Below are positions 53,483-64,000 of a stretch of DNA of 64,000 nucleotides, one piece after another (the stretch's first letter is position 1; each line of letters opens with the position of its first letter). The translations under genes and the position numbers were made by a program. Source of the DNA: Bispira polyomma (lineage: Eukaryota); NCBI GenBank assembly GCA_965649765.1, contig OZ287755.1, positions 3,720,001-3,784,000 on the forward strand, in the 5' to 3' direction. Below the pieces are notes generated by a model. It made no database searches. It was not told the DNA's origin and saw only the letters and a program-made list of their open reading frames with translations.

Positions 53483-53999
53483 CCTTGTGATTAATGAAAA
53501 GGCTGATAAACATTTTTTTAAATTTATATTTAATCAGTTAACTAAAAAAAAATTTACTTGACTATTTACATGAATGTTTGAAAAATATTTACAACTTTTT
53601 TTCACTTAACATGTACAATTTAAACTTTGTACAATGATTTGAATTATAATTTTTGCCAAACACTATGTACACAAATGATCAAACAGTATTTACAATAACT
53701 TTGATAAAGACATACAATTTGAACTCCAATAATTTCAATTAAACAAACAATATTTACATAAATGATTCACAAGAACGTTGTTTCATACAATTTAATCTAT
53801 GTACAATAATTTCATTGATAAACTTAACTACAGAGACCTCTTAAATATTTAAATAAATGCAAAAACAGTTTTGATAATAACTTTGACAAGACATAGTTTG
53901 AAGTATGTACAATAATTTTCTTTGACTCGACATGACATTATGAAACAACATGAATGCAATTGCAATGTGTACTTATTTAAAAAGTAGTTCTATAAAGTT

Positions 54000-54680
54000 C
54001 TGAATGTGTCCATCATCATAGTTTTCTAATCTGTTGACAATCTCTTCCATGGTATATCCAGCAAAAGTATTTAGAGCAAAAATGCACAATAGTGTACACA
54101 GGCCATTGAAAATGGACTTTGCAGCTGAACATTGTTGCAAGTACAATTTCGGGCAAAATGCTGAATAAACTGCAAAAAAACTTTTTGATTTTTTTTTTTT
54201 AATTTGGATATTTAACGTCCACTTTAGTATCTGTTTAGGTTATATTGGGACGGGTAGTTGGAAACGCTGGAGGAAACACTGCATACAGTTGATCAAGGTT
54301 GTGCACTGAAACCAGTGGCCCACAGTGAGGAACTACCACCTTTCCCACATAGGCATTGACAGGATTCGAACTCACACCGCCCAGAGGTGAGAGACCAGTG
54401 ATTGTGAAGCGCAATGCTTGCTAACCACTAGGCTACCATGGCCCCGCATGAACCTTTTGAAGAGAGGTAGCAATCCATAGGAGTCGAAGTACAGCCCATC
54501 TCCTTGCTCATTGATACTGAGCACTACCCAGTGATTCCCTCTTTGTGAGAAGAATCTTTGTTGCAGATAAATACCCATCTTGTTTTTGGGAGTCTGAGTT
54601 GGTCTCTGGCAAAAACACCAACATACCATTTTGGAGGCTTAAAAGTTTTCAGTAGATTTTGTAGTTCCACTGTATTCATC
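54000..54680 (-). pseudogene. Maverick adenain-like cysteine protease split by a SINE
   Basis: GNHWVVL, YFDSYG on one side; QLQSPFSMACVHYC on the other. Confidence 0.88.
54190..54445 (-). mobile_element. tRNA-derived SINE with poly(A) tail
   Basis: A box tggtagcctagtgg, B box gagttcgaatcc, A tail, degraded ~15-bp target duplication. Confidence 0.88.
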
Positions 54681-55718
54681 TTACAGAGTGAAATCGGTCA
54701 CAATGTCTCTGTAATGGTCAATTTCAATGGTGTTTTCAAATTCTCCAAACACAACAATATTCACAGTTTCTGTTAAAGCTTTCTTAAAATGGAGCTCTAA
54801 AGCAACTGTGACAGTTTTTCTCAAATTGACATAGCATCCCCCTTCTTCTAAATCAGGTGACAAATCAAAACATATCAATGTGTAACCCTTTTTATATTCG
54901 CCTCTGTCAATGTGATTTCTCTCGTCTTGATAAAGTCATGTAGCAATTCATGTAGTCCTCTGTGTCGAGGTCTGGTTACAGTGCCTTGCCAGGAAATGGT
55001 GTTCCACCTACACTGATATGTACCTACGCACAATATGTTCCACATCAAAATGTTCAAACTGACACTTTCTAATTTCGCCTTGAAGTTGGCACCATCGGTT
55101 GGGCTGACGAGACAGAACTTGTCCTTACTTTTGGTTAAATGTAACTTTATTTGGGTGTGATTTAGCAGGTAACGGTCTTGAAACATCAGGTCCAAGTGCA
55201 ATTTTCCCATCATGTCGATCAGGCTACTCGTTTTATCTATTTTTTTTTTTTGTTTCCCTTGTTGGTGTCATCCAGGGAAAAGTTGTTGGTGTCTTTGTAT
55301 CACATAGATGCAGTCAGTTGGCTTTCTTTACTCTCTGTACTAAAACTTAGCAGAGATTCTTGTAACCGTAGGTGTGGTTAAAGGTGGTCACTAAAGTGTC
55401 TTTCAACGTGACATCTATCTGACTGAATAAGGCGAGCAGCCAAAAATTTACTGGAGCTACTTCGTCTGCGGCAACTAAATCCTTGCTGTCCACTTTTACA
55501 ATTTTGGCTTTGACGTGAATAAAACTGTTTTTTCAAATCAATGTACTCAGAATCTGATTCAGCTATTTTAAATTCAATGGTATCGCTGTTGTCTTTCACC
55601 GCTGTTACAGGACCATATTCGACCCATTTTCCCTCTTCAACGCTGGTCTGAGGGGTATAGCAAACAAATGTAACTCCGTTTTTACGCACTTGCAAGACAA
55701 GGGGTGTATCAGAGGCAT
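54681..55718 (-). pseudogene. Maverick major capsid protein with deletions/frameshifts
   Basis: PQTSVEEGKWVEYGP..IEF, GKLHLDLMFQDRYLLN, FDLSPDL, EFENTIEID..R. Confidence 0.9.
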
Positions 55719-55721
55719 GGT

Positions 55722-55990
55722 TTAGGAATATACATCTTTTCTTCTCCTTTTTCTGGGAGGTCCTCTCTGCTTGAACACTTTGGATGAAATGACGGGTCTT
55801 GCCCGAGGGGCGTCCTTTTTATCCCTTTTCAAGTTATCCTGTGCCAAACCTACTCCTGCTGTCAAGGCCTTCTTGCCCAATGATTTTCCTAATGCAATGG
55901 CTCCTTTTTTTAACAGAGGGCAGCTACTCAAACAAGTCCTTTAAACAAGCTACCTAACCTGTGACCCCTCTGATATTCATTGTAGGCCTC
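55722..55990 (-). pseudogene. Maverick small basic core-like protein
   Basis: YQRGHRLGSLFKGL..PLLKKGAIALGK..GVGLAQD, basic C-terminus. Confidence 0.7.
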
Positions 55991-56000
55991 ACGTGTAGAA

Positions 56001-56640
56001 TTATCGCAGCAGTAGTCTTTGTGCTTCATTTTTTATGAAAGTGATTGTCACCAACAACTTCCCACCAACAAATGGAATGATCTCACCCATGTCGTTCTGT
56101 ATATTGATTTCCACCGACTCAAAGACTTTCTTCATTAAGGGATAATAGAATACTTGATTGTACGATGTGGTGATAATATGCCCTTTCTGGATAGTAACTA
56201 TTCTAAGAAGAGGAACTTTAGCATCTCCCACTGCCACAGATTCGACCAAATCGTAATAGATGTATAGATTCTGTGTGCCATCTTGAATATCACAGGGGCA
56301 CTTAGATTTTCTATCCCCGGGTAAAAAAGGGACAGTTTTAGTAAACCCTAAAATTTCACTTAATCTTTTAGAAAGGGTTAGTTTGGGTTCCACCTGTGGT
56401 TCATTAGGTGCATTTCTTGTAATCTGAAGTCTTGTCTTTTATGAGAATGACCCTGCTCCTAACCCCCATTTGACTTTTTTGTTTAAGATTCTAATCAAGT
56501 CTTCCATGTTGTTGTAAATGCCTTCTGGAATAGGAATTTGCTTGTCACCCACTTGGACGAATTGTGCTGAGGGGACGTTATGCCATGTTTTTGTATACTG
56601 AATTTCCATAAGTCCCATTTCCCATTTACCAAATATTGGT
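56001..56640 (-). pseudogene. Maverick minor capsid (penton-like) protein
   Basis: WEMGL.EI.Y..TWHNV, IPEGIY, LYIYYDLVE..VGDAKVPLLRIV, IEINI..D.G..IPF. Confidence 0.85.
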
Positions 56641-56768
56641 ATTTTCTAGCAGGTCACCCATATCCTTTTCTAATCTAATTATGGCTGTAGCAGCCGTCAC
56701 TACTGGATTTACACAGGTCCTGCTACTTAACAAAGCTTTGGGAAAAACAACCTTTTTAATATATTTGT

Positions 56769-57115
56769 TCATCGTTTGAATAAGCCAATCAATTTTTCAG
56801 CAATGGGTGCAATAAGAGTACCTAAAATAGGAGCTAGCAAGGCTGGCAACAATTCCCATGTTTGTAAGATATCCTTTTTTCTCTTACTAGAGGTTTGTTT
56901 CTTTCTCAACTCTCGCAGTTCTTCTTTGTACTTTCCTAGTTTTTTTTCTTTTCTGTTAATCCCAGTGGGATATTTCCTTCAAGTTGATTGTGAGGACACT
57001 CAGTGAAACAGTGTAGAAGAGCTTTGTCTGCAGCAAGTATGATATATTTTGTTGCCTTAGAATTACCGTGAGCCAAAATCTGTAAAATATATTTATTCTT
57101 TTTCACATCAGACAT
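56769..57115 (-). pseudogene. Conserved Maverick small protein with C-terminal amphipathic segment
   Basis: EC..N.L.GNIPL..YKEELREL..LLPALLAPILGTLIAPIAEKLIGLF; one frameshift. Confidence 0.7.
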
Positions 57116-57189
57116 GTTGACTGCACGACATTTGTCAGTATAATGAAGAACAATACTGATGTTCCCTTCTATTTATACTGATATCTTGT

Positions 57190-57960
57190 GACATTTTTGG
57201 CAGGTATCCATGAGTCATACTTTGGTGGCCAGTGTAATCATCGTACCAAAACTTCTTTGGGGCACCGTTACAGTTTTCGGCTGTTTAGAATTTTTTTCCA
57301 CTTTATAATACTTGCTGGGTACAGCTTTCTGTAACTCTTCTTCGTAGAAAGTTCTTTCAATGGATTCACCTGTATAATCATTCACTTTGTAGGTAGGATA
57401 ATGTTGAGACCAGTCTCTATTTATTATTTTAAAAAGTTCACCACTCCATCTCTGATCGTATTCCCTGCTAAATGTTTTCTCGCATGTGATATTCTGACAA
57501 GATCCCCAACATTAAATTTAAACTTCTTTCTTCTTGAAATTTTTCCTTGATGGCTTAAGTTGTTCGCCGTCACTTTGGTTGGGCCATTTTTATAGAGCGA
57601 TGTACACTTAAGTTGTAAGCATTTGTTTTTCAAAGGTACTGTCAACACATATCGTGAAAATATATCTATGGCTGACAGAACAAAATTGTGACCGTCATTG
57701 CATTGGGCAATTTTAGTCATATCAATCAGGTCAACATCCCACTGCTGATCTATACTCCCTGCAATGACTTTGTTTCTTTTAATAGGCCTTCTTGTAGGTT
57801 TGTGTAACGTATAAGTCTCTTCTCCACTTCACCAGGATTTCACATCTGTTTGGGTTATAGATGGGTCTTCTTTTATTGCAGCCTGATAAAGCTTTTGCGG
57901 CCCAAAAAAACTAGCAGGATGGGCAGAAATAAAATAAATTAAAGTCAAAAGTTTGTTTAT
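57190..57960 (-). pseudogene. Maverick retroviral-like integrase with central deletion
   Basis: YTLHKPTR, QWDVDLIDM, SAIDIFSRY, FNVGDLVRIS, TFYEEELQK. Confidence 0.9.
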
Positions 57961-58184
57961 TCTTTCTTTTTTGATACTAGGATGGACCCATGGATGAACA
58001 CAGTAATGAAAACTGTATATCCTTGTTGGGTTGTTTATAAGTCAGATTGGTAATACAGGCCAAAATAGTCAACACAATCATTTGGGCCACATATTTTCCT
58101 AAAAATATCTCACAGAGGTTGTTCATTTGGATACTAGCAGAGAAATGAATGTCCAAAAGTATGTATCACCTTTATATACATTAT

Positions 58185-58420
58185 TTAATGCATTCTTGAA
58201 TTAGATGAAAAATTAAAAAAATAAATTGGGAACGAGGAAATCATTTTGGTTATGGTTGGACTGGGCAAAATGTATCCAAAAGATGAACACAGCAGAGACA
58301 ACCAAATATCTCTACCTTGATTTTTCAAAGGCAAGTTGACGATGCAGCCCATGACCACAATAATAACCAAGATCACATGACTCACATATTAGATCAAAGG
58401 TTTTTGACAGACATTATCCA
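58185..58420 (-). CDS. Small hydrophobic Maverick-associated ORF
   Basis: VILVIIVVMGCIVNL..IWLSLLCSSFGYILPSP. Confidence 0.55.
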
Positions 58421-58854
58421 TCTTGCTCCTTTAAATTTTGATAAGTAAATGAACTGTGGCGCTTGTGGTTTCAACTCATATAGGGAAGGAAAAAACACCA
58501 GGAGCATAGACAGCAATACTGCTCTTGTACAGTTTAAAATCGCTTAAATGTAACAAGGCTTCCAAGGACACATGACACTGTTTTAGCCACGCCGTGCCCT
58601 ACCCCCCCCCCCCCCCCCCCCCCCACCCCCATTTTTTTTTTTTTTTAATTTTTTGGGGGGTTAAGTACAAATCCGTTATATATTACCTAAAAACTGAGAA
58701 CTTTTAGTTCCTAAAACTTTTTACAGAATGAAAATCGGTCCATGCATGGCCAAGACATCTCTGTTTTAAGATTGACATATCATCATGCACGGCTCAAAAA
58801 GGCTCCGCCCTGCTTTACAGCAAACTATACAATATACACAAAAATACTAACCTG

Positions 58855-59050
58855 GGCCCAGTAAATCAAAACCTTCGTTAGAATGCCAACTAACGAACGT
58901 GTAATGACAAAACTACCAGGCAGTAACCAAAAAACTGGTTAACCAACAGTAAACTAACTAAGGCTTCCATTTACACAACACTTTGCAAACTAAGCCTTAA
59001 CCAAGACCTAACGAAATTTTTCGTGTAACAAGAGCTTCCATTTACAAGCC
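58855..59050. mobile_element. Short Harbinger-type MITE
   Basis: ctg-ggcccagtaaat .. atttacaagccc-cag imperfect TIRs with CWG flanks. Confidence 0.55.
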
Positions 59051-62000
59051 CCAGTTCTCTATGGGATTAATTAGTTTAGTATAACATTATTAGAACAACC
59101 AAAAAGTTTATATGGTTTTTGTTTACGTTTCCATTATGACGTCACAATTCAAATCTGAAAGCCAAGAAGTACAGATTTTGTACCTTAAAGAAATTAACTA
59201 AAAATATGTATTTAGAAAGGTATAGAAATCCAGTTTAATATACCATTATGTTGTTTAAGGTCCATATTTTCTGTTAATCACACTTTTTAATAACGTTCTG
59301 TCTAAAATATTAAGTAAAATTACCTAAAAGCGATTAAAATGACCTTAACTACTATGGTTTTCAAACACACACATTCACAGGCTCCCGGTGATATGGTTCA
59401 TTGTATCACCCAGCCCGTATCAACCATGGAAACGCCATAATGACATCACAGTGGATAATAAATATATAAACAGGTGTATACGACACAGACACATAGCTGG
59501 CCTTATTTCCCAGGGGACATATTTGCGAAAGAAATTCAACCTCAGACTCAAGTCAAATGCTATGTGGAAGTCATTGTATATATAGAGATAACCTATATGT
59601 GTTACCATTCATTTTAGTAAACTTTTTTTCAACTTCACCTATCCAGCTAAATGTGGACTTCGGAGTTTGCGTCTGAGTTGAGCTCGATTCTGTCGAGAAT
59701 ATGGCCACTGAAATCAGACACAAGTTGTTTTTGTCCAATCTATTTTATGTCTAGGGAGGTTTTTTTAAAAAAATATTATAACTAATCTATAACCACAATG
59801 CTGACTCTTATTCTCATTTAGTATCATGCAGCTGAACCATGGAATGATTTGCCAAAAAATATCAATCATGCTAAGACCTAATTTAAAACACACCTTTCTA
59901 AAACAGCTTATGAAATATATTAAAATGTCAAAATAACTTCGGAATAACATATTTTAGCTTTTCTTTGTTGACAGCCCTTAAATGTTAATGAAGTACATAT
60001 AATGATTTTTACTCAATGCTATATTGTAAGCCACTTTAGAGCATTTCTATGAATGAATAGGGCGCTATATAAATATGGTATATTATTATAATTTCAGTCT
60101 CTTCAGTTTAGGGATTAATACTTAGATTGACCAATTGTTTATTATGTGTAGCTCTCTCAGATTGTTAAGAGAACTAATTATTTTTGATAAAGATATTATT
60201 TCATTTTCGACCCAACTTTCATGCGTTTGAGTGTCCAGCAAGTTTATTGAGAATTTTCACAAGGAATGAATTTTAGATAGTGAATCTTCAGTACTGTAGT
60301 ATGATTTAGAAAAAAAAAACTTAATTGTTTAACTAGTAAACCACATTTTTGGTGGTTTGTGGAGCAGAAACACTTTTTCCAACTCACCTCTTCTGATTTC
60401 ATCAACTTTTGAACTGTCCAAAGACGCAAACCTTGATGAAAGCGAGGTAAACAACAAACAGACGTGATCTAAATTAATACTATGTTCTGGCCACTCCTCA
60501 CCAGTTGTATTCACAAATGGTATTCATCGATGGCCGTATTCTTAAAGGATCTAAAGCTGAACAGAAGTTTAATTCTAAAGTCTGCCTTTATCTGGACCAA
60601 ACTTAAGTTAACCCTGACCACATATTTATATTTAGCACTGAAATCAATGTTAAAATTAATGGTTACTTACACGTATAGGTTTATTCCATGTACAATGACT
60701 TCCACACAGCCTTCGTTGGAATTGCGTTTGAGTCTGACTTCCTTTGGAGAATATAAGCCCAGCTCACAAGTCTGACAAAAACGAAGCAGAGTTATATGTC
60801 TGAGGTTACTGGCCATGGGCATTAACAGATAGAGTTCAGTGTAAGGTGAAATATCCTCACTGCATCATTTTCCACAACAATACCAGCCATTCATTACATC
60901 ATAATTTTTGAATGACAAAGTAACTAAACGAGATTTATGATAAATAGATTATTGACTTGGCAATTATAAGTAGTTCTGATTACCTAATCATCCAATTAAA
61001 TAGAATCCCATATGTTTGATAACAGACTGTGACATCTAGACAATGCAATGGAGAAGTGTAGAACAAAACAATGGTGAGAAAAAACCCAGAAGAATTATTG
61101 AGCAGTTGATATTTAGGGAGTGCATGGCACGTTGTATAATTAAGTATTTCTATTTTGACATTTGAAAAGCCATTATCCTTAATTGCATAGATATATACAA
61201 TCAAAATATTTTGTATATATGACATCAATTTACACTCACTAATTTAAAAAGAATGTACTATGTATATTTCTCATTTGAGTTTCAAACGGTTATATTACAC
61301 TGAAATTGTATAGCAACATATGTACATAAGTAATGTAAAGCATCTTCATCTTCTCAAGTTCCCCAAGTTAACACCATAATTAAAACCTGGCTTCCATCAT
61401 TCTATGACATAAGCTGTCAAAAGGTATGTCAGAACCGAACTAAATTTAAATACTTCTATCCCAACCTTGATTAGGGTATACTCTTGCTGTAACGCAAGTT
61501 TAAATGGTTTTCATTCAGACTGTGGTTGTATATTGATTAATACAATAGCCGTACACAACATTATAACTTGTGGCCAACCTAAAAGTACTTTGAAAGTAAT
61601 TTGATAATATTGCTGCATATTTCCAGTTGTATAGTACATAGTTTTTGCTTATGGTAACCGCTTTGTTCCTCGCCATGCGTACCATCAGTAAAATTCAAAG
61701 CATTGTTGAGGAGAGAAAACACTGTCCAGTATACATGGTGGTGGAGCACAACAATAGATTAAAACAAACAATACAGGCAGTGGTGGCCTGGTAGTTAGAG
61801 GCCTCTTACCAAATGTGCATACAAATCCCGTGGGAAACTTTATATGTGAAAGATTGTCAGGAATGTTCTGGAGGTCATCGGTTCACACTGCTTCAGCACT
61901 GGTTACTTCCTCTATTAAATGACCTAAGCTGTTCAAAGGGATTTAAATCCCAACTAAATTCTACAGTATTGCACAATACTAAGTCCCGTAGAAAAAAACA

Positions 62001-63779
62001 CACACAAAAAAAAACTCACAGCATATGTACTTGTTGAATAGTTTAAGTGGTGGGATGTGGCGGTGTGATGGAAGTAGATGTTCACGTGGCAGTGGACGTG
62101 GTAGGGATTTAGATTGTATTGGGTGCCTTAATTGATCTTTCTGTTCTGACCGCCCTACAATTACGTCCACACGAAACATGAGTAGCCAAACTTAGTAAGA
62201 AGCAGCTATTGCTAAAACTGTAGACAGTCATATTCCCATCGCAAATTACTGGAAGACCCTACTGATCCACTAAATCATGGCAACTAAGCTCAATATAGAT
62301 ACAGCAAAATCCAACTGTTATTTATGTTTTAATTAATATACAACTATGGTGGATACTCAGACTCCTGATAATGGATTAAAATTAAGTCACCAACCTGAAA
62401 TAACACTAAACTGGTATTATCCATTGTAAATGCCATGATAATCAGTTCTTATTGACGCCAGTGGTAATACCAATGGTAATGAGACTGTTGAAATAACATA
62501 ATATAACAGTGTAATGGTTATGTTGATGCTTTGCTTGGTTTCTGTAAGCCGAGAATAAGAATGAAATATTTTTAAAGGTATAACTGATGTCATTGTTTTA
62601 GGGAAATATTTCATCAACAGCAAAAAGCAAAAACCAGAATATTATATTTTTTAATTCATTTGCATACTAAAAGAAAAGGAAAATGTCTTCAATTATGTAA
62701 TGTGTAATTATAAACATCATCAACCCATGGAGAACAACGTGTGTGTGACACATGACACTATTGGGAAAATTTGTTACTTTATTAAAAGATTATGTAGCAT
62801 GAATTGCGCTGGTGTTTTAGAAATGCTGCTTTATGCAGTGATACAAATATTTTTGTTAACAGTACTACATGAAATTAAATTACCTAACAAACAATACTGT
62901 AAAAGTAAAATATCTTGTGCTGGAAGATTATGTCATGCACCATATGCGCAGCACCGAAATGACATTCTTGAATTATGCATTTACAATTAACACAGAGCAA
63001 TTACATTGGATCATTGCTATTGCATGAAGGAGTAAACAGATTCAAAATCAAATATTTATCTGTCCATGACGTTATGTTTTCTGTCTGCTACTTAGTTTAT
63101 TATTTTTCGTTACCAGGATTACACCAAAACCTTTAGAACCGTTAATATCAACATTTATATTTCAAGGATATAAAGTTTCTAGTAACATTTTTATTGGTAG
63201 AACATCCTAAAATCGATGTTGAAAACATATAGATATGGGGATATTAAAATATTACACACAATGACACTGTTTATGAGATAAAAACACGTACTTTCTGGAA
63301 TCCACCACCTACTTTCTGGATATAACGTGTGTTCACAGCGGGGCTTCCCCCCAAACATTCCAGAAATTGTCTAAACTGTACAGTTAACAAAACAGGGAAT
63401 GGAAGTCCAGCACTAAAAATATATAATATTTTCTCTGCCAAAAAGTCACACAAGTTACAGAAAAGGACATTCTTTATTATGGAATTTAAAAAACAAAATG
63501 ATCTTCTTCTATTTCCTCTTTCCATTCCTAGGTTGTCGAACAGCAGCCGACAACATGTGTTACTCCTGGAACCTATGTCTGTCGGGAAAACAGGCGGTGC
63601 CATAAAAATATTATTTTCCTCCACTTCCTTTCAAATTGTTAGTGTAGCAGACACCTTTGTTTTAAAAATTAGACATGAGGCCATTATTGAATGCCGCAAG
63701 TATAGTCTGTGGTATGTTGTGTTGTGACTCCAGCTCTCTGTCACCTATGACCCGAAAATTTCCGAAAAAGTTCCTGTGA

Positions 63780-63809
63780 TAGTTTTGTCTTGGGGTCTTA
63801 AAGGGTTAA
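63780..63809 (-). mobile_element. Possible piggyBac terminus
   Basis: Reverse strand reads TTAA-CCCTTTAAGACCCC; partner end not found. Confidence 0.3.
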
Positions 63810-64000
63810 TCATGCAAGCACAAGTGACCCCCACCCCCCCAACCCCCCTAATGTCATGACAGCTAGACCCCTTAAAGTTGAACCTCAAGGGACGACAATA
63901 AATACTGTACTCAAACAGGATTTCCACATAACAGCAATAGATTTTACTAGGAAATGTCCTCGTTGGACCACCGATTTTTCTCTGAATGAACAGCGTTCTA

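Larger units (their letters stand above)
51271..58420 (-). mobile_element. Maverick/Polinton, degraded, truncated (no polB or second terminus seen)
   Basis: ATPase, protease, major and minor capsid, integrase in one orientation; AGTAGT at 51271 is a candidate terminus. Confidence 0.93.

Noticed and set aside
53295-53513. Gly/Glu/Arg- and Pro/Ser-rich ORFs
   Set aside because: By-products of the C/T tract
54345-54445. tRNA gene
   Set aside because: A/B boxes belong to a SINE head with body and poly(A)
59400-60800. Short inverted similarity (tgtggaagtcattgta) and exon-like CELGLY..GCVEV peptide
   Set aside because: Only ~50 bp, stops nearby, no consistent domain call
63271-63727. ORFs as piggyBac transposase
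   Set aside because: No recognisable transposase motifs; only one possible terminus

Overview
AT-rich animal (invertebrate, probably mollusc-like; inference from repeat types) genomic DNA with spliced genes and many decayed transposons; no prokaryotic features or CRISPR. Main contents: (1) two diverged copies of a Penelope-like retroelement (Neptune-type RT + Cys linker + C-terminal GIY-YIG) at 1-4304 and ~10310-14560, both carrying an extra downstream C2H2 zinc-finger/TQT-motif ORF and a type I hammerhead ribozyme (intact at 4184-4250, internally deleted at 14466-14508); copy 1 has its 3' module inverted head-to-head. (2) A multi-exon AGC-family kinase-like gene on + (~14610-22129) with HRD changed to HRN and an in-frame stop. 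(3) A tyrosine-recombinase retrotransposon (DIRS order, Ngaro-like) at ~30650-36100 with a strongly self-complementary ~315-nt segment after the recombinase. (4) A minus-strand host gene encoding Cys cluster / Thr-rich / vWA / Thr-rich / Cys-His-Gly-Tyr tail (48548-40281), plus separate GCC2/GCC3-type exons. (5) A degraded Maverick/Polinton (~51271-58420) with ATPase, protease, capsids and integrase, no polB visible. (6) Harbinger and Tc1/mariner MITEs, tRNA-derived SINEs, LINE scraps, minisatellites and a 144-N gap. The best candidate for an undescribed system is the Penelope-like family with its conserved accessory zinc-finger gene. All calls are by eye; no searches were run.
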